From positions 930,634-994,633 of the forward strand of contig JAQTZF010000001.1 of assembly GCA_028687915.1 (NCBI GenBank): a stretch of DNA of 64,000 bases. The letters run 5' to 3'. Below, one piece after another: positions 38,596-48,205 of the stretch. The notes beneath the pieces are model-generated. The model made no database searches, was not told the DNA's origin, and worked only from the letters and a program-made list of their open reading frames with translations. Source of the stretch: Candidatus Daviesbacteria bacterium. Lineage in GTDB: Bacteria > Patescibacteriota > Microgenomatia > Daviesbacterales > UBA10151. The translations under genes were made by a program, and so were the position numbers. Numbering within the stretch: the first letter of the stretch is position 1; every line of letters begins with the position of its first letter.

Positions 38596-39726
38596 TTAAG
38601 GAATAAGTTTGCGGATATCAGAGAATGTAACTAATACAATAAAAATCAACAAAATAATCATACCTATTGTATGAACAGATTTTTCGAAATTTGCATTTAC
38701 TTTTTTTCGTGTAATAAATTCTATTGCTAAAAAGAATAATCTACCTCCATCAAGCGCTGGCCAAGGTAAAATATTTATCACTGCAAGATTTAGGGATAAT
38801 AAAGCAATTAAGTTTAGATAAGGTAAAAATGGATTTTTTGTTTCTAATACTGATCCTGCGAGTTGTGTAATACCAACTGGTCCTGAAACTGTCTGGGAAA
38901 TTGGAGTTATACTTTTTGTGTTAATTGAAGAACCAATTAAGTTTCCAAATATTTGAAAAGAATAAAGAGTAAAATTATAGCTGTGAGTCAAACCGGAAGC
39001 TAACTTTTGTAATGGTGTTGTATAAGTTAAATTAGCAATAGTCACAGTTCCTAAAGAAACACCCAACGGACCTTCACCTTTTGGAGGATTTGTTCTTGGA
39101 ACTACTTCAATCTGCCTTGCTGAATCTTCTGTATCAACTACTGTTAAAGTAATCGCTTCTCCAGAATTCTTTTGCACCTGGCCAATAAAATTTTCTGCAT
39201 TATCAATTGGCGCATCATTTAATTTTATAATTCTATCCCCTTGCTTAATGCCAACCATGTCAGCAGGCGATTTTTTAGACACATCTCCAACTAATACAAC
39301 TGTTTCATTAATTTGGTTAGCACCGATAAATTTAAACGGAAAAAAGAGTGGAATCTCTTCCTGAAAACCCTTACCAGCTAAGACAATCCAAAATAATAAT
39401 ACTGCCAGTAAAAAGTTCATTACCACTCCAGCCACAACAATCATCATTCTTTGTAGTACAGGTTTGGAGCCAAATGAGCGGGAATCTTTTAAGATATTGC
39501 TGTCAGTTTCATCTTCACCAAACAGCCTTACAAAGCCACCGATAGGCAAAAGGTTTAAAGAAACTATTGTTTCACCAACTTTTTTACTAAATAATTTTGG
39601 AGGAATACCAAAACCAAATTCTTCCACCTTAACCCCAAATTTTTTGGCCACAATAAAATGTCCAAATTCATGAATAAGAACCAAACTTAACAAAGTTAGG
39701 ATAAAAACTATCGCTGTTATAATCAT
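38596..39726 (-). CDS. rseP: RIP zinc metalloprotease RseP (site-2 protease, M50)
   Basis: HEFGHFIVAKKFG (HExxH) in TM1, a PDZ domain, and a C-terminal LDGG motif. Confidence 0.85.
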   Translation of the reverse strand: MIITAIVFILTLLSLVLIHEFGHFIVAKKFGVKVEEFGFGIPPKLFSKKVGETIVSLNLLPIGGFVRLFGEDETDSNILKDSRSFGSKPVLQRMMIVVAGVVMNFLLAVLLFWIVLAGKGFQEEIPLFFPFKFIGANQINETVVLVGDVSKKSPADMVGIKQGDRIIKLNDAPIDNAENFIGQVQKNSGEAITLTVVDTEDSARQIEVVPRTNPPKGEGPLGVSLGTVTIANLTYTTPLQKLASGLTHSYNFTLYSFQIFGNLIGSSINTKSITPISQTVSGPVGITQLAGSVLETKNPFLPYLNLIALLSLNLAVINILPWPALDGGRLFFLAIEFITRKKVNANFEKSVHTIGMIILLIFIVLVTFSDIRKLIP

Positions 39727-39733
39727 ATAGAAA

Positions 39734-40288
39734 CTAGAGTTCTGTGAGCTCTTTTACTTTATCTTTTCCTAATTCTTCAATAAATACCGTTGATTTTTCA
39801 ATTAATTCTTGTAAAATTTTCTCTCGTCTTTGCCACTCATCTTCCCCAAAAACATCTGCTTCTTTTTCTTGCTCCCATTTAGCTCTGATATCTTGTCTAA
39901 TTTGTCTAAAATTAATTTTTGTTTCTTCTTTTTTAAGATGTACAACTTTAATTAGTTCCTCACGTCTTTCTGCTGTTAAAGGAGGAATTGGTAATCTGAT
40001 AATTGCTCCTTCAAATGAAGGATTTAAACCTAAGTTTGCTTCCTGAATGGCTTTAACAACATTATGCACAATAGAAGCATCCCAAACTTGTACAGTTAAA
40101 AGATTTGGTTGTGGTGCAGAAATATTTGCCACTTCCAATAATTTTAATCTTGTGTCATAAGCTTCTACTGGAATGTTTTCAATAAATGCTGGATTTGCCC
40201 GACCAACTCTAATAGAGGATAGTTCGTGCTTTAAATGTTCAATCGCTGATTGAATTGATGTGTTTGCTTCGTTTAATACTGGATCCAT
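39734..40288 (-). CDS. frr: Ribosome recycling factor
   Basis: 184 aa, with a typical RRF pattern across its length. Confidence 0.9.
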   Translation of the reverse strand: MDPVLNEANTSIQSAIEHLKHELSSIRVGRANPAFIENIPVEAYDTRLKLLEVANISAPQPNLLTVQVWDASIVHNVVKAIQEANLGLNPSFEGAIIRLPIPPLTAERREELIKVVHLKKEETKINFRQIRQDIRAKWEQEKEADVFGEDEWQRREKILQELIEKSTVFIEELGKDKVKELTEL

Positions 40289-40737
40289 TATTCGCCTAGT
40301 TCAATTCTAGCAAATTTTCCAATCTGAATGTTCTCCCCAACTTTACCAATCACTGATTTAACTAAAGCATCAATTGTTTGTGAAGGATCCCGGACATAAT
40401 CTTGTTTTAATAATTTTTCTGTATTTTCAGGATTCATGGATGCAATTTGCAAGGCTATTTCATGAGCTAAATTCTTAAAAGCTTCTGTTTTGGCTACAAA
40501 GTCTGTCTCACAAAGAAGATCTACAACAACTCCAACTTTACCTGCATGTGAATAAACTTCGACTAATCCAGCTTTAACTTCTCTGTCTGCTTTTTTGGCT
40601 GCTTTATCAAAACCTTTTTGTTTGATGATTTCGAGGGCTTTTTTGTAGTCACCTTTTGACTCTGTGAGGGCTTCTTTACAGTCAGCAATTCCAGCTCCTG
40701 TTTCTTCTCTTAACTTTTTTAAATCCTCAATATTCAT
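40288..40737 (-). CDS. tsf: Elongation factor Ts (short form)
   Basis: N-terminal LRE(E)TGAGI(A)DCKEAL UBA-like motif. 149 aa. Its stop overlaps the frr start. Confidence 0.8.
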   Translation of the reverse strand: MNIEDLKKLREETGAGIADCKEALTESKGDYKKALEIIKQKGFDKAAKKADREVKAGLVEVYSHAGKVGVVVDLLCETDFVAKTEAFKNLAHEIALQIASMNPENTEKLLKQDYVRDPSQTIDALVKSVIGKVGENIQIGKFARIELGE

Positions 40738-40746
40738 ATGAGTATT

Positions 40747-41598
40747 TTAAACTATTCTTTCAGAATCTAACACTGCCTTTTTCTCAACTTCTTCTTCTGC
40801 TGCTGCTACTTCTTCAGCAATGTTTGGAGCTACAACCTCTTCTTGCTTCTCAGATTCTTCTTGTTTTTTCAAAGCAATTTTACCAGCAGATTTTAATCCT
40901 TCTGCATAAGCATCAGCAATTGCTTCTGTAATAATTTGGATTGATTTAGAAGCATCATCATTAGCTGGAATTGGATGATTAATTAATAACGGGTTTGAGT
41001 TTGTGTCACAAATTCCTACAATTGGTAAATCAATTCTGATAGCTTCTGCAACTGCTGTACTTTCAGCTACTGTATCAATAATAAAAATAGCATCTGGTAA
41101 TCTATCAAATTTAGCAATACCACCTAATTCATTCTCAAACTTAACTAACTTTTTACTAATTAAAAGTTGTTCTTTTTTTGTGTAATGAGTTAATTCACCT
41201 TTTTCTTGTTTATCTTTAAGATCTAAAAGTTTTTTGATATTTTTTCTGACTTCATCAAAATTAGTTAAAAATCCACCTACCCAACGATAAGTTACATATG
41301 GAGCTCCTGCTCTTTCAGCAAGTTCCTTAACTATTGGCTGAGCCTGCTTTTTAGTACCAAGAAAAAGTAAAACTTTTCCTTCTTTACCTAATTTTTCAAC
41401 ATAATCAATTGCTTCTTTCAGCTTCTTTTCAGATTTTCCCAAATCTATAATATGAACACCATCTCTGACACCATAAATATATTGCTGCATTTTTGGGTGA
41501 CCACGTCGAACTTGATGCCCGAAATGGACACCTGCTTCTAACAATTCTTGTAAGGTTGGTACTTTTGACATGTTTTCCTTCAACTTCTCTACTATCAA
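40747..41598 (-). CDS. rpsB: 30S ribosomal protein S2
   Basis: LLEAGVHFGHQ N-terminal signature and a C-terminal acidic extension. Confidence 0.9.
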   Translation of the reverse strand: MIVEKLKENMSKVPTLQELLEAGVHFGHQVRRGHPKMQQYIYGVRDGVHIIDLGKSEKKLKEAIDYVEKLGKEGKVLLFLGTKKQAQPIVKELAERAGAPYVTYRWVGGFLTNFDEVRKNIKKLLDLKDKQEKGELTHYTKKEQLLISKKLVKFENELGGIAKFDRLPDAIFIIDTVAESTAVAEAIRIDLPIVGICDTNSNPLLINHPIPANDDASKSIQIITEAIADAYAEGLKSAGKIALKKQEESEKQEEVVAPNIAEEVAAAEEEVEKKAVLDSERIV

Positions 41599-41740
41599 CG
41601 AATTCAGGAAAACCTAAATAGTAGATGCTTGATGTGGGTATTTTAGCAATATTTCTTTAATATGACAATAGTGAAGTATGGAACAGCGGTTTGACTAACA
41701 GTTATCAATTATCTATAATCTATAGGCTTAAATTTTAAAT

Positions 41741-42466
41741 ATGGCAAAAGAATGTTTAGCAATTCCAACCGAAATATTAGTTCAGGAAAATATCCTTCCG
41801 GCAAAGCGGAAAAATAAAGCTTTATATATTCCCTTATCCACTATTGGTGGTGTTGAAACTATTTATAATTTAACAGCACAATATGGAGAATACAGAGATA
41901 GAGAAGGTGAACAACCAGTTGAAAAAGATCCTAATTTTCAGCAATTAATTATGTATGCTTTTGTACTTAGAGATAGAAGTTTTTTAGCTTATCAAAGAGG
42001 AAGTCACAAAGAAGGAAATTATGATGAGAGTAGATTAGAAGGTAAGATTTCACTAGGATTAGGAGGTCATATTGAACGCAGTGATTTAACTTTAGAAGAC
42101 TCGCTATATAGAGAAATTGATGAAGAGGCTGAAATATGGATTAATAATGAGCCAATTAATTTTAGACATTCAGATCCTGAATTGGGACCTAAAATTTGGT
42201 CTATGAAAAACTACATTGATATTACTCCTGTAGGTTTGATTAAAGATGAAAGAGATTCGGTTGGAAAAGTTCATTTAGGAATTGCCTGTAGATTAACTAC
42301 AAAACTTAAACAAGCAGATATCAGAGTAAAAACAGGTAGAGAAAGTGTTAGCTACCGGTACCTAACCCCAAAAAAATATCAGCAATTAGTTGAATCCCAT
42401 AAATTAATACCAGAAGGATGGAGTGATATTGTTTTTAGAAATGAAATCTTAACTCCTATCAAATAA
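41741..42466 (+). CDS. Putative Nudix-like hydrolase (divergent Nudix box)
   Basis: LGLGGHIERSDLTLEDSLYREIDEEAEI approximates the Nudix box GX5EX7REUXEEXGU, with non-canonical spacing and G to E in the last position. Confidence 0.4.
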   Translation: MAKECLAIPTEILVQENILPAKRKNKALYIPLSTIGGVETIYNLTAQYGEYRDREGEQPVEKDPNFQQLIMYAFVLRDRSFLAYQRGSHKEGNYDESRLEGKISLGLGGHIERSDLTLEDSLYREIDEEAEIWINNEPINFRHSDPELGPKIWSMKNYIDITPVGLIKDERDSVGKVHLGIACRLTTKLKQADIRVKTGRESVSYRYLTPKKYQQLVESHKLIPEGWSDIVFRNEILTPIK

Positions 42467-44725
42467 TTCAGTACGGCTTAAAGGATTTGGTTCTTTATCC
42501 AATTTTAGACCTGAAAGATAAGGATCTGATTTTGCAATTAGTTGGTTTGCTTTATAAGATAAATCCCGATAATTAATATGACCACCATTCCTAGCTCTTA
42601 AGTGAGTTAAATAAAGTGATTGCTTTGGATCTCCATGCATCCATATATCTGTTTGATGAGCTAATGGTAATAAGTTTAAAACAAAAGAGTAATCAATAGA
42701 ATCTCCATACTTATTATTTACATCATCCACAAACTTATAAAGTTTTTCATAATAATCATCCAAATCCTGTTCAAACTTTTTAGCTATTTTTTCAAATTTA
42801 GGTACTTCTGTAAGATACAATGGTAAACCAAAACCACAACTCATTACTTGCAAAGCTGTATCTATAGTCCAACGTTCTCCATAAATTAAAGGAATAGGAA
42901 TAAATCTTTTATTGGCTCTGTGTCTATTCCAATCACGGACTTCTCCCATAAAACAATTAAGTTCTAATGTCATTCCAGAAGTTCCTGCCCAAAGTGGTAA
43001 TTCCTGATTATGATTGTGTCCTTCAAATAAAATTTCACTAATTTTCTTTTTTATGTTTGGTGTTTGGTTATTAACCCAGTCCAATAATTTCTTCCTATTT
43101 AAACCTGGCCAAATAGTCAAAAGGTATTGAGCAACCATTTTATCTCCTTCGGAGTATTTTTCTGATAACAAGTTAACACCTTGTTTTACTTTTCCTTTAA
43201 GCTTTCTATTAATAGGAACTTCTTCTAAGAAGTTTGTTTCATTTGTTATAAAATTTCGTAAACTTACAATACTATTGTTTGTTATTAATGAAGCCTCACT
43301 GTGTCTGATTAAACTTGGAGCCTCTGCTTTAAATTCTAAACTTTTTTCAATTTCTTTTAATGGAGTAAATAATTGCTCTATTTGAAAACCAACACGATGA
43401 TAAAAAGGAATAGGAGAGCTCTTTAATTGTGAAATTATTCTGGACCAATCTCTTGCAGAAGTATCAAGAGATAAGCCACTACATGCTCCCAGTGGCAAAA
43501 AGAATCTTACACAATCCATAACCCTTGAATTTAAAGCTCCTTTGTCATTATCTCCCGGTTTATAGAATTTTTCAAAAGCCGCCAAAATCTGATCTTTATG
43601 GGAAGCATAAAGATCCAGAGCGAGTTTACCAAAAGACTGATATGTATCTTCCAAATTTGCTAATTCTTCTGATGGAAAATCATCTGGTAAATAATTTCTA
43701 ATTGGATGCAAAGCAGCATCTTTAAATTTTGATTGGTATCTGCTTGATTTCTCCTGACCCGCATTTACTGCAGCATTGTTAAATAATGCTAAACATAAAT
43801 GCATCGGGGTATTATGTGTACTAATTTCCAGGTGAGCCATATCCCCTACAGATTTATGTCCATAATTTCTAAACATTTCATCAAGTTTTTGATCTGGATC
43901 TACACCCTTTTCCCCCATTTCATACATTATTTCCCAGGGAGCTCCAGGAGCTCTGGAATGCCTGGCTCCGGCCCAAGCTCTATGAGCTGCAGTTCTATTC
44001 TTTGAATTGGCAATGGTGGTTGTAATTACCACCCCTGTGATTTTATCCTCTAAACAAACAAGCCTCAACCCTGTGTCTTTTTCCGAATAAACAAACCATT
44101 TAAAGTCATCTTTTTCCAGCTCTTTCTCAGGTTGTGGATTCTTTAAAAAACTATCAGTAACTAAATTTATAATATCTAAATGTACTTCTTCCGGAGTTCT
44201 TGTGGCATAAACTTTTTTCCAACCATATCTGGCTCCTAGTTCTAGATGTATTCGCTGACCCTTTTCCCAAATCTCATCATCTGCTTCATTGCGATGATTT
44301 TTTTCTATACCGCTTACAAATCTTTCTCCATGTAATAAAATTGCTAAATCTTCTTTTAATAATTTTTTATTTATTTTCTCCAAAGCCTCAAGGGGTACAC
44401 CCCAGGTCATACCCCATGCTACTCCTGTACCAGTATAATCTTCTGCTAATACCCACTTACCTGCATTTAAATATGACTTAAGTTTTGGTTCAAAATCTGC
44501 TCTATTTTGAGCATAAAGTTTTTGCAAATCTAAATCTGGCATTTTTAAACCCTCTCGCAAAACTGCATTTATTTTTGGTCCGGTTGGTTTTAAATCATAA
44601 ATTGGATATTTTAAGCGGATAGTCTTAATACCTTTTTCCTGTAAGGATTTTTCAAGTAATTCAACTTGTTTTGATTTACCTAAATTATTTGCTCCGTATA
44701 AAACAATAAATTTACCTTTTTTCAT
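42449..44725 (-). CDS. thyX: Fusion protein: N-terminal Tmk-like P-loop kinase domain plus two tandem ThyX (Thy1, flavin-dependent thymidylate synthase)-like domains
   Basis: P-loop LYGANNLGKS with Tmk-like layout. ThyX-like domain 1 (about aa 200-430) has HKSVGDMAHLEISTH...AGQEKSSRY and RVMDCVRFFLPLG...SARDWSRI, keeps S..RY but has NNA in place of RHR. ThyX-like domain 2 (about aa 560-758) has TLELNCFMGEVRDWNRHR and LNLLPLAHQTDIWMHGDPKQSLYLTHLRA, keeps RHR but lacks SxRY. By-eye alignment to T. maritima ThyX. Confidence 0.55.
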   Translation of the reverse strand: MKKGKFIVLYGANNLGKSKQVELLEKSLQEKGIKTIRLKYPIYDLKPTGPKINAVLREGLKMPDLDLQKLYAQNRADFEPKLKSYLNAGKWVLAEDYTGTGVAWGMTWGVPLEALEKINKKLLKEDLAILLHGERFVSGIEKNHRNEADDEIWEKGQRIHLELGARYGWKKVYATRTPEEVHLDIINLVTDSFLKNPQPEKELEKDDFKWFVYSEKDTGLRLVCLEDKITGVVITTTIANSKNRTAAHRAWAGARHSRAPGAPWEIMYEMGEKGVDPDQKLDEMFRNYGHKSVGDMAHLEISTHNTPMHLCLALFNNAAVNAGQEKSSRYQSKFKDAALHPIRNYLPDDFPSEELANLEDTYQSFGKLALDLYASHKDQILAAFEKFYKPGDNDKGALNSRVMDCVRFFLPLGACSGLSLDTSARDWSRIISQLKSSPIPFYHRVGFQIEQLFTPLKEIEKSLEFKAEAPSLIRHSEASLITNNSIVSLRNFITNETNFLEEVPINRKLKGKVKQGVNLLSEKYSEGDKMVAQYLLTIWPGLNRKKLLDWVNNQTPNIKKKISEILFEGHNHNQELPLWAGTSGMTLELNCFMGEVRDWNRHRANKRFIPIPLIYGERWTIDTALQVMSCGFGLPLYLTEVPKFEKIAKKFEQDLDDYYEKLYKFVDDVNNKYGDSIDYSFVLNLLPLAHQTDIWMHGDPKQSLYLTHLRARNGGHINYRDLSYKANQLIAKSDPYLSGLKLDKEPNPLSRTELFDRS

Positions 44726-45156
44726 TTGTGACCTGTACTACCAAAACCTCCCCTATCAGTTTTTTTTATCTCATCAACTTCTTCCCATTCTGCGATTTCA
44801 ACTGGTACAAAAATACCCTGACCAATTCTTTCTCCTCTTTCTACTACAGTTTCTTCATCAGTAATATTGTAAACAGCTAAGTTATATTCATCAGTTGGAC
44901 CACAAAAATCCTGATCACCAATCCCCACCCCATTTGCCTTAATTAATCCTTTCTTAAAAGGAGCTGAGCTTCTTAGTGTAATTAAAAACATATAACCTTT
45001 TGGAGTTCCAATAATTATATTTGTTGGAATTTTCACCAAAGTTTTAGGAGGAACTACAGTTGTAATTCTGGCATACAAATCACAACCCACTGAACCATCT
45101 GTTTGATATTTTGGTAAGGGCAGTTCTTTATCAATCCGCGTAATTTTAACTTTCAT
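44722..45156 (-). CDS. dut: dUTP diphosphatase
   Basis: dUTPase motifs (DGSVGCDLYA, RSS, GxIDxDYRG-like FKKGLIKANGVGIGDQDF). Its stop overlaps the start of the downstream fusion gene. Confidence 0.85.
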   Translation of the reverse strand: MKVKITRIDKELPLPKYQTDGSVGCDLYARITTVVPPKTLVKIPTNIIIGTPKGYMFLITLRSSAPFKKGLIKANGVGIGDQDFCGPTDEYNLAVYNITDEETVVERGERIGQGIFVPVEIAEWEEVDEIKKTDRGGFGSTGHK

Positions 45157-45221
45157 AATTTTGTCCTCAAAATTTCAAGCTTTGCTTAAGACCGGAGGTC
45201 GCAAGCTTTGCTTATTTCAAA

Positions 45222-45851
45222 CTATTTTTTAAAGTTTTTCCAATACTGGCTTGCCATTGGTTTTGGGTTTTTTGAAAATTCATTAATATATTTACTTTTT
45301 AAAGCTGCACTACCATAACAATTTTCTGCTTCACAAGTAAGTGCAGAAAATCTAACTTGACCAATTGGCATGTCTGGATAAATTAAAAGTGGCTGGTCAG
45401 TAAGATTAGTAATTTCTAAAGTAACATGACCAGAAAATCCCGGATCAATAAAACCTGCTGTTGCATGAATAACAAGTCCCAATCTACCTAAGCTACTTTT
45501 TCCTTCTACATTTGCTAAAAGTTGTGATGGTAAATGAAGCCATTCTGAAGTTACTCCTAAAATAAATTCATGTGGATGTAACATACCTCCTTTATTTAAA
45601 TCCAAAACCTCATATTCCAAATACTGATCAACAGGTTTTTTTAAATCTATCACTGCATCTTTATTTCTGCGTCTCGCAAAAACCATTATTGTCTTTGCTA
45701 AGTGAAGATCAATTGAAGATGGTTGAATATTCAAATCTTTATTAGGCTTAACTTCTAAATACCCTTCTTTTATTGCTAACTTAATATCTCTATCAGATAA
45801 TACAGCTCCGCCTTGTTGTAGAAAAGTTAAATTTTTATTATTCATACTCAA
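45222..45851 (-). CDS. dcd: dCTP deaminase
   Basis: N-terminal LSDRDIKLAIKEG and QPSSIDLHL; C-terminal trimeric dUTPase-like fold motifs. Confidence 0.85.
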   Translation of the reverse strand: MSMNNKNLTFLQQGGAVLSDRDIKLAIKEGYLEVKPNKDLNIQPSSIDLHLAKTIMVFARRRNKDAVIDLKKPVDQYLEYEVLDLNKGGMLHPHEFILGVTSEWLHLPSQLLANVEGKSSLGRLGLVIHATAGFIDPGFSGHVTLEITNLTDQPLLIYPDMPIGQVRFSALTCEAENCYGSAALKSKYINEFSKNPKPMASQYWKNFKK

Positions 45852-45887
45852 TTTATTAAACTAATTTAGACAGTCTGAGATATTTTT

Positions 45888-46457
45888 TCAAGTAGTCAAT
45901 TTAGTTAAAATATCATTCAGCTTTTGTTGGAACTCTTCTGGTGTGCCTTCATTAATAATATGGAACTCTGCTCTTTCCATACATTTTTCAACATTCATTC
46001 CGAAATTTTCTGAATCATTCTTCTCTGCTTCTAAAAAGCTTTCCCAGGTAATTGGATCAGATCTTCCATCTAAAGCTCTTTGCTTTATTCTTTCAAATCT
46101 TATTTTTTGATCAGCCTCTATTGCAACAAGGTGAAAATTTGGTAATTTTTGTAAGTATTCTATTTCACCTAAACTGCGTACCCCATCAATTATGGCTTTT
46201 TCTGTATGCTGTTCTTTTATAATTTCCCAAGCCCTGCTAGCTAAAATTGACGACCCAAATTTTTCTCTTAATTCTCCTCCGGTTTCTGCTAATCGTTCGC
46301 GGGTTATATCTAAACCTCTTTTTTTAATTTCTTCCCTGATTTGGTCAGAAAGCGAAAAAGAAACAAATCCATGCTTTTCTACTAAATATTTAGCAGCTTC
46401 TCCTTTACCTGAACAAATCTGTCCTACAAACCCGATGACTATTTTAGAATTACTCAT
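45888..46457 (-). CDS. P-loop nucleoside/nucleotide kinase (dephospho-CoA-kinase/dNMP-kinase-like fold)
   Basis: Walker A GFVGQICSGKGEAAKYL and lid-like RxxxR/GRSD motifs. Its start overlaps the pyrG stop, suggesting translational coupling. Confidence 0.5.
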   Translation of the reverse strand: MSNSKIVIGFVGQICSGKGEAAKYLVEKHGFVSFSLSDQIREEIKKRGLDITRERLAETGGELREKFGSSILASRAWEIIKEQHTEKAIIDGVRSLGEIEYLQKLPNFHLVAIEADQKIRFERIKQRALDGRSDPITWESFLEAEKNDSENFGMNVEKCMERAEFHIINEGTPEEFQQKLNDILTKLTT

Positions 46458-48064
46458 TTCTTAATTTTACTGGCAGCTTTAACAAATCCTGTAAATAAAG
46501 GATGCGGTTGCAAAGGACGGGATTTTAATTCTGGATGAAATTGAGTTCCAATAAAAAATGGATGGTCTTTTAATTCTATAATTTCAACTAATTTACCATC
46601 AGGTGAAGTCCCTGCAATAACCAAGCCATTATTTTCCAGTTCCTGCTTATATTTATTATTAAACTCATATCGGTGACGGTGACGTTCACTAATTCTTTGT
46701 TTTCCATAAAGGCTTTTTGATATTGTTTTATTTTGCAAAACACAATCCCACGCCCCAAGTCTCATAGTCCCACCATAATTTTTTTCCAACAACTTTTTTT
46801 CTTGGTCTGGCATGATATGGATAACTGGATATTTGGTCTTAGAATTTATTTCTGTGGTATTTGCATTTGTAAAATCTAAGACATTTCTGGCAAATTCTAC
46901 TACTGCCAATTGCATTCCATAACATAATCCAAGGTAGGGAATTTTGTTTTCTCTACAATATTTAATTGTTTCTATTTTTCCTTCAATATCCCTTGAACCA
47001 AATCCACCTGGAACAATAATCCCTTGAAAATTTTTTAATAGACTTATATCTTTTTCAACTTTCCCTGCATCAATCCATTCTATTTCAGGTTTATATCCTA
47101 CTGTGTAGGCAGCATGTTTAAGTGCTTCAATTACTGAAATATATGCATCAGACAAAACACCATTACCACTGGAAAAATACTTTCCAACAATTCCAATTTT
47201 TATAGGTACTTTTGCAATTTCAACACTATGGACAAATTCCCGCCATTTTGCCAAATCCGTCTTTTTCCTTTTCAAATTTAATTTTTCTAAAATCCTATCT
47301 GTCAATTTACAAGCTTCAAAATTTAATGGTACTTCATAAACATTTTTTACATCAGGCGCTGGAATAATATCCTCTGGTTCTATTCCAGTATTAAAAGATA
47401 ATCTTTTAGCACGGGGAGCATCTATAGATTCTGTTGATCTTGCAAGTAAAATATCAGGCTGAATACCAACGGAATGTAAATCACGAACAGACATTTGAGC
47501 TGGCTTGCTCTTCATCTCACCTAAAAATGATGGTACTGGCAAATATGTTACATGAATATGTACAACTTCATTTTGTTTTTTAAGTTTTAATAGCCTATTT
47601 GCTTCAAGAAATAATACATTTTGATATTCACCAGTAGTTCCACCAATTTCTACAACAACTATGTCTGCATTATTAGCTTTCCCAGCCAATTGAATGCGTT
47701 CAATAATTTCCTGAGTTACATTATGAATATCAACATAGTCTCCCTCATATTCCAGGTTTCGTTCTTTTTGGATAACTGTTAAATAAATACTTCCTTGGGT
47801 AGCAATATTTGTGGAATTTAAACTTTCACCTAAGTATCTTTCATAATGCCCTAAGTCTTGGTCAGCTTCTTTACCATCATCAAGAACAAATGTTTCACCA
47901 TGAGCAAGCGGATTCATAGTTCCTGCATCAACATTTAAATAAGGATCCATTTTTAAAGGGACTACTTTATAACCAGCTGCTTTTAAAAGAAGGGCTATGG
48001 AAGCAGTTGCAATTCCTTTTCCTATTCCAGATATCACACCACCACTAACAAAAATATATTTCAT
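46454..48064 (-). CDS. pyrG: CTP synthase
   Basis: N-terminal synthetase domain (FVSGGVISGIGKG) and C-terminal GATase (GLCYGMQL, HPE). Confidence 0.9.
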   Translation of the reverse strand: MKYIFVSGGVISGIGKGIATASIALLLKAAGYKVVPLKMDPYLNVDAGTMNPLAHGETFVLDDGKEADQDLGHYERYLGESLNSTNIATQGSIYLTVIQKERNLEYEGDYVDIHNVTQEIIERIQLAGKANNADIVVVEIGGTTGEYQNVLFLEANRLLKLKKQNEVVHIHVTYLPVPSFLGEMKSKPAQMSVRDLHSVGIQPDILLARSTESIDAPRAKRLSFNTGIEPEDIIPAPDVKNVYEVPLNFEACKLTDRILEKLNLKRKKTDLAKWREFVHSVEIAKVPIKIGIVGKYFSSGNGVLSDAYISVIEALKHAAYTVGYKPEIEWIDAGKVEKDISLLKNFQGIIVPGGFGSRDIEGKIETIKYCRENKIPYLGLCYGMQLAVVEFARNVLDFTNANTTEINSKTKYPVIHIMPDQEKKLLEKNYGGTMRLGAWDCVLQNKTISKSLYGKQRISERHRHRYEFNNKYKQELENNGLVIAGTSPDGKLVEIIELKDHPFFIGTQFHPELKSRPLQPHPLFTGFVKAASKIKK

Positions 48065-48205
48065 AATTTCAATTACAAAACTTAAAATTGAAATTTCAAG
48101 CTCTGCTTATATAAACAATTTGGAGAATCCTAAAATGGGTAGTTTTTTAGGCCCTAACTATAATTACTGTTTTTGGGGTTTGATGTCAATGGGGATAATT
48201 AAAAA

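Noticed and set aside
42449-44725. Alternative reading of the 758-aa protein as Tmk fused to an unrelated large domain
   Set aside because: Two separate stretches align with ThyX core blocks (H-x-E/K...S-x-R-Y, W-x-R-H-R, LPL...T-x-x-ARS, LRA) in the right order twice, which argues for tandem Thy1 folds. The alternative is not fully excluded because the alignment was done by eye.
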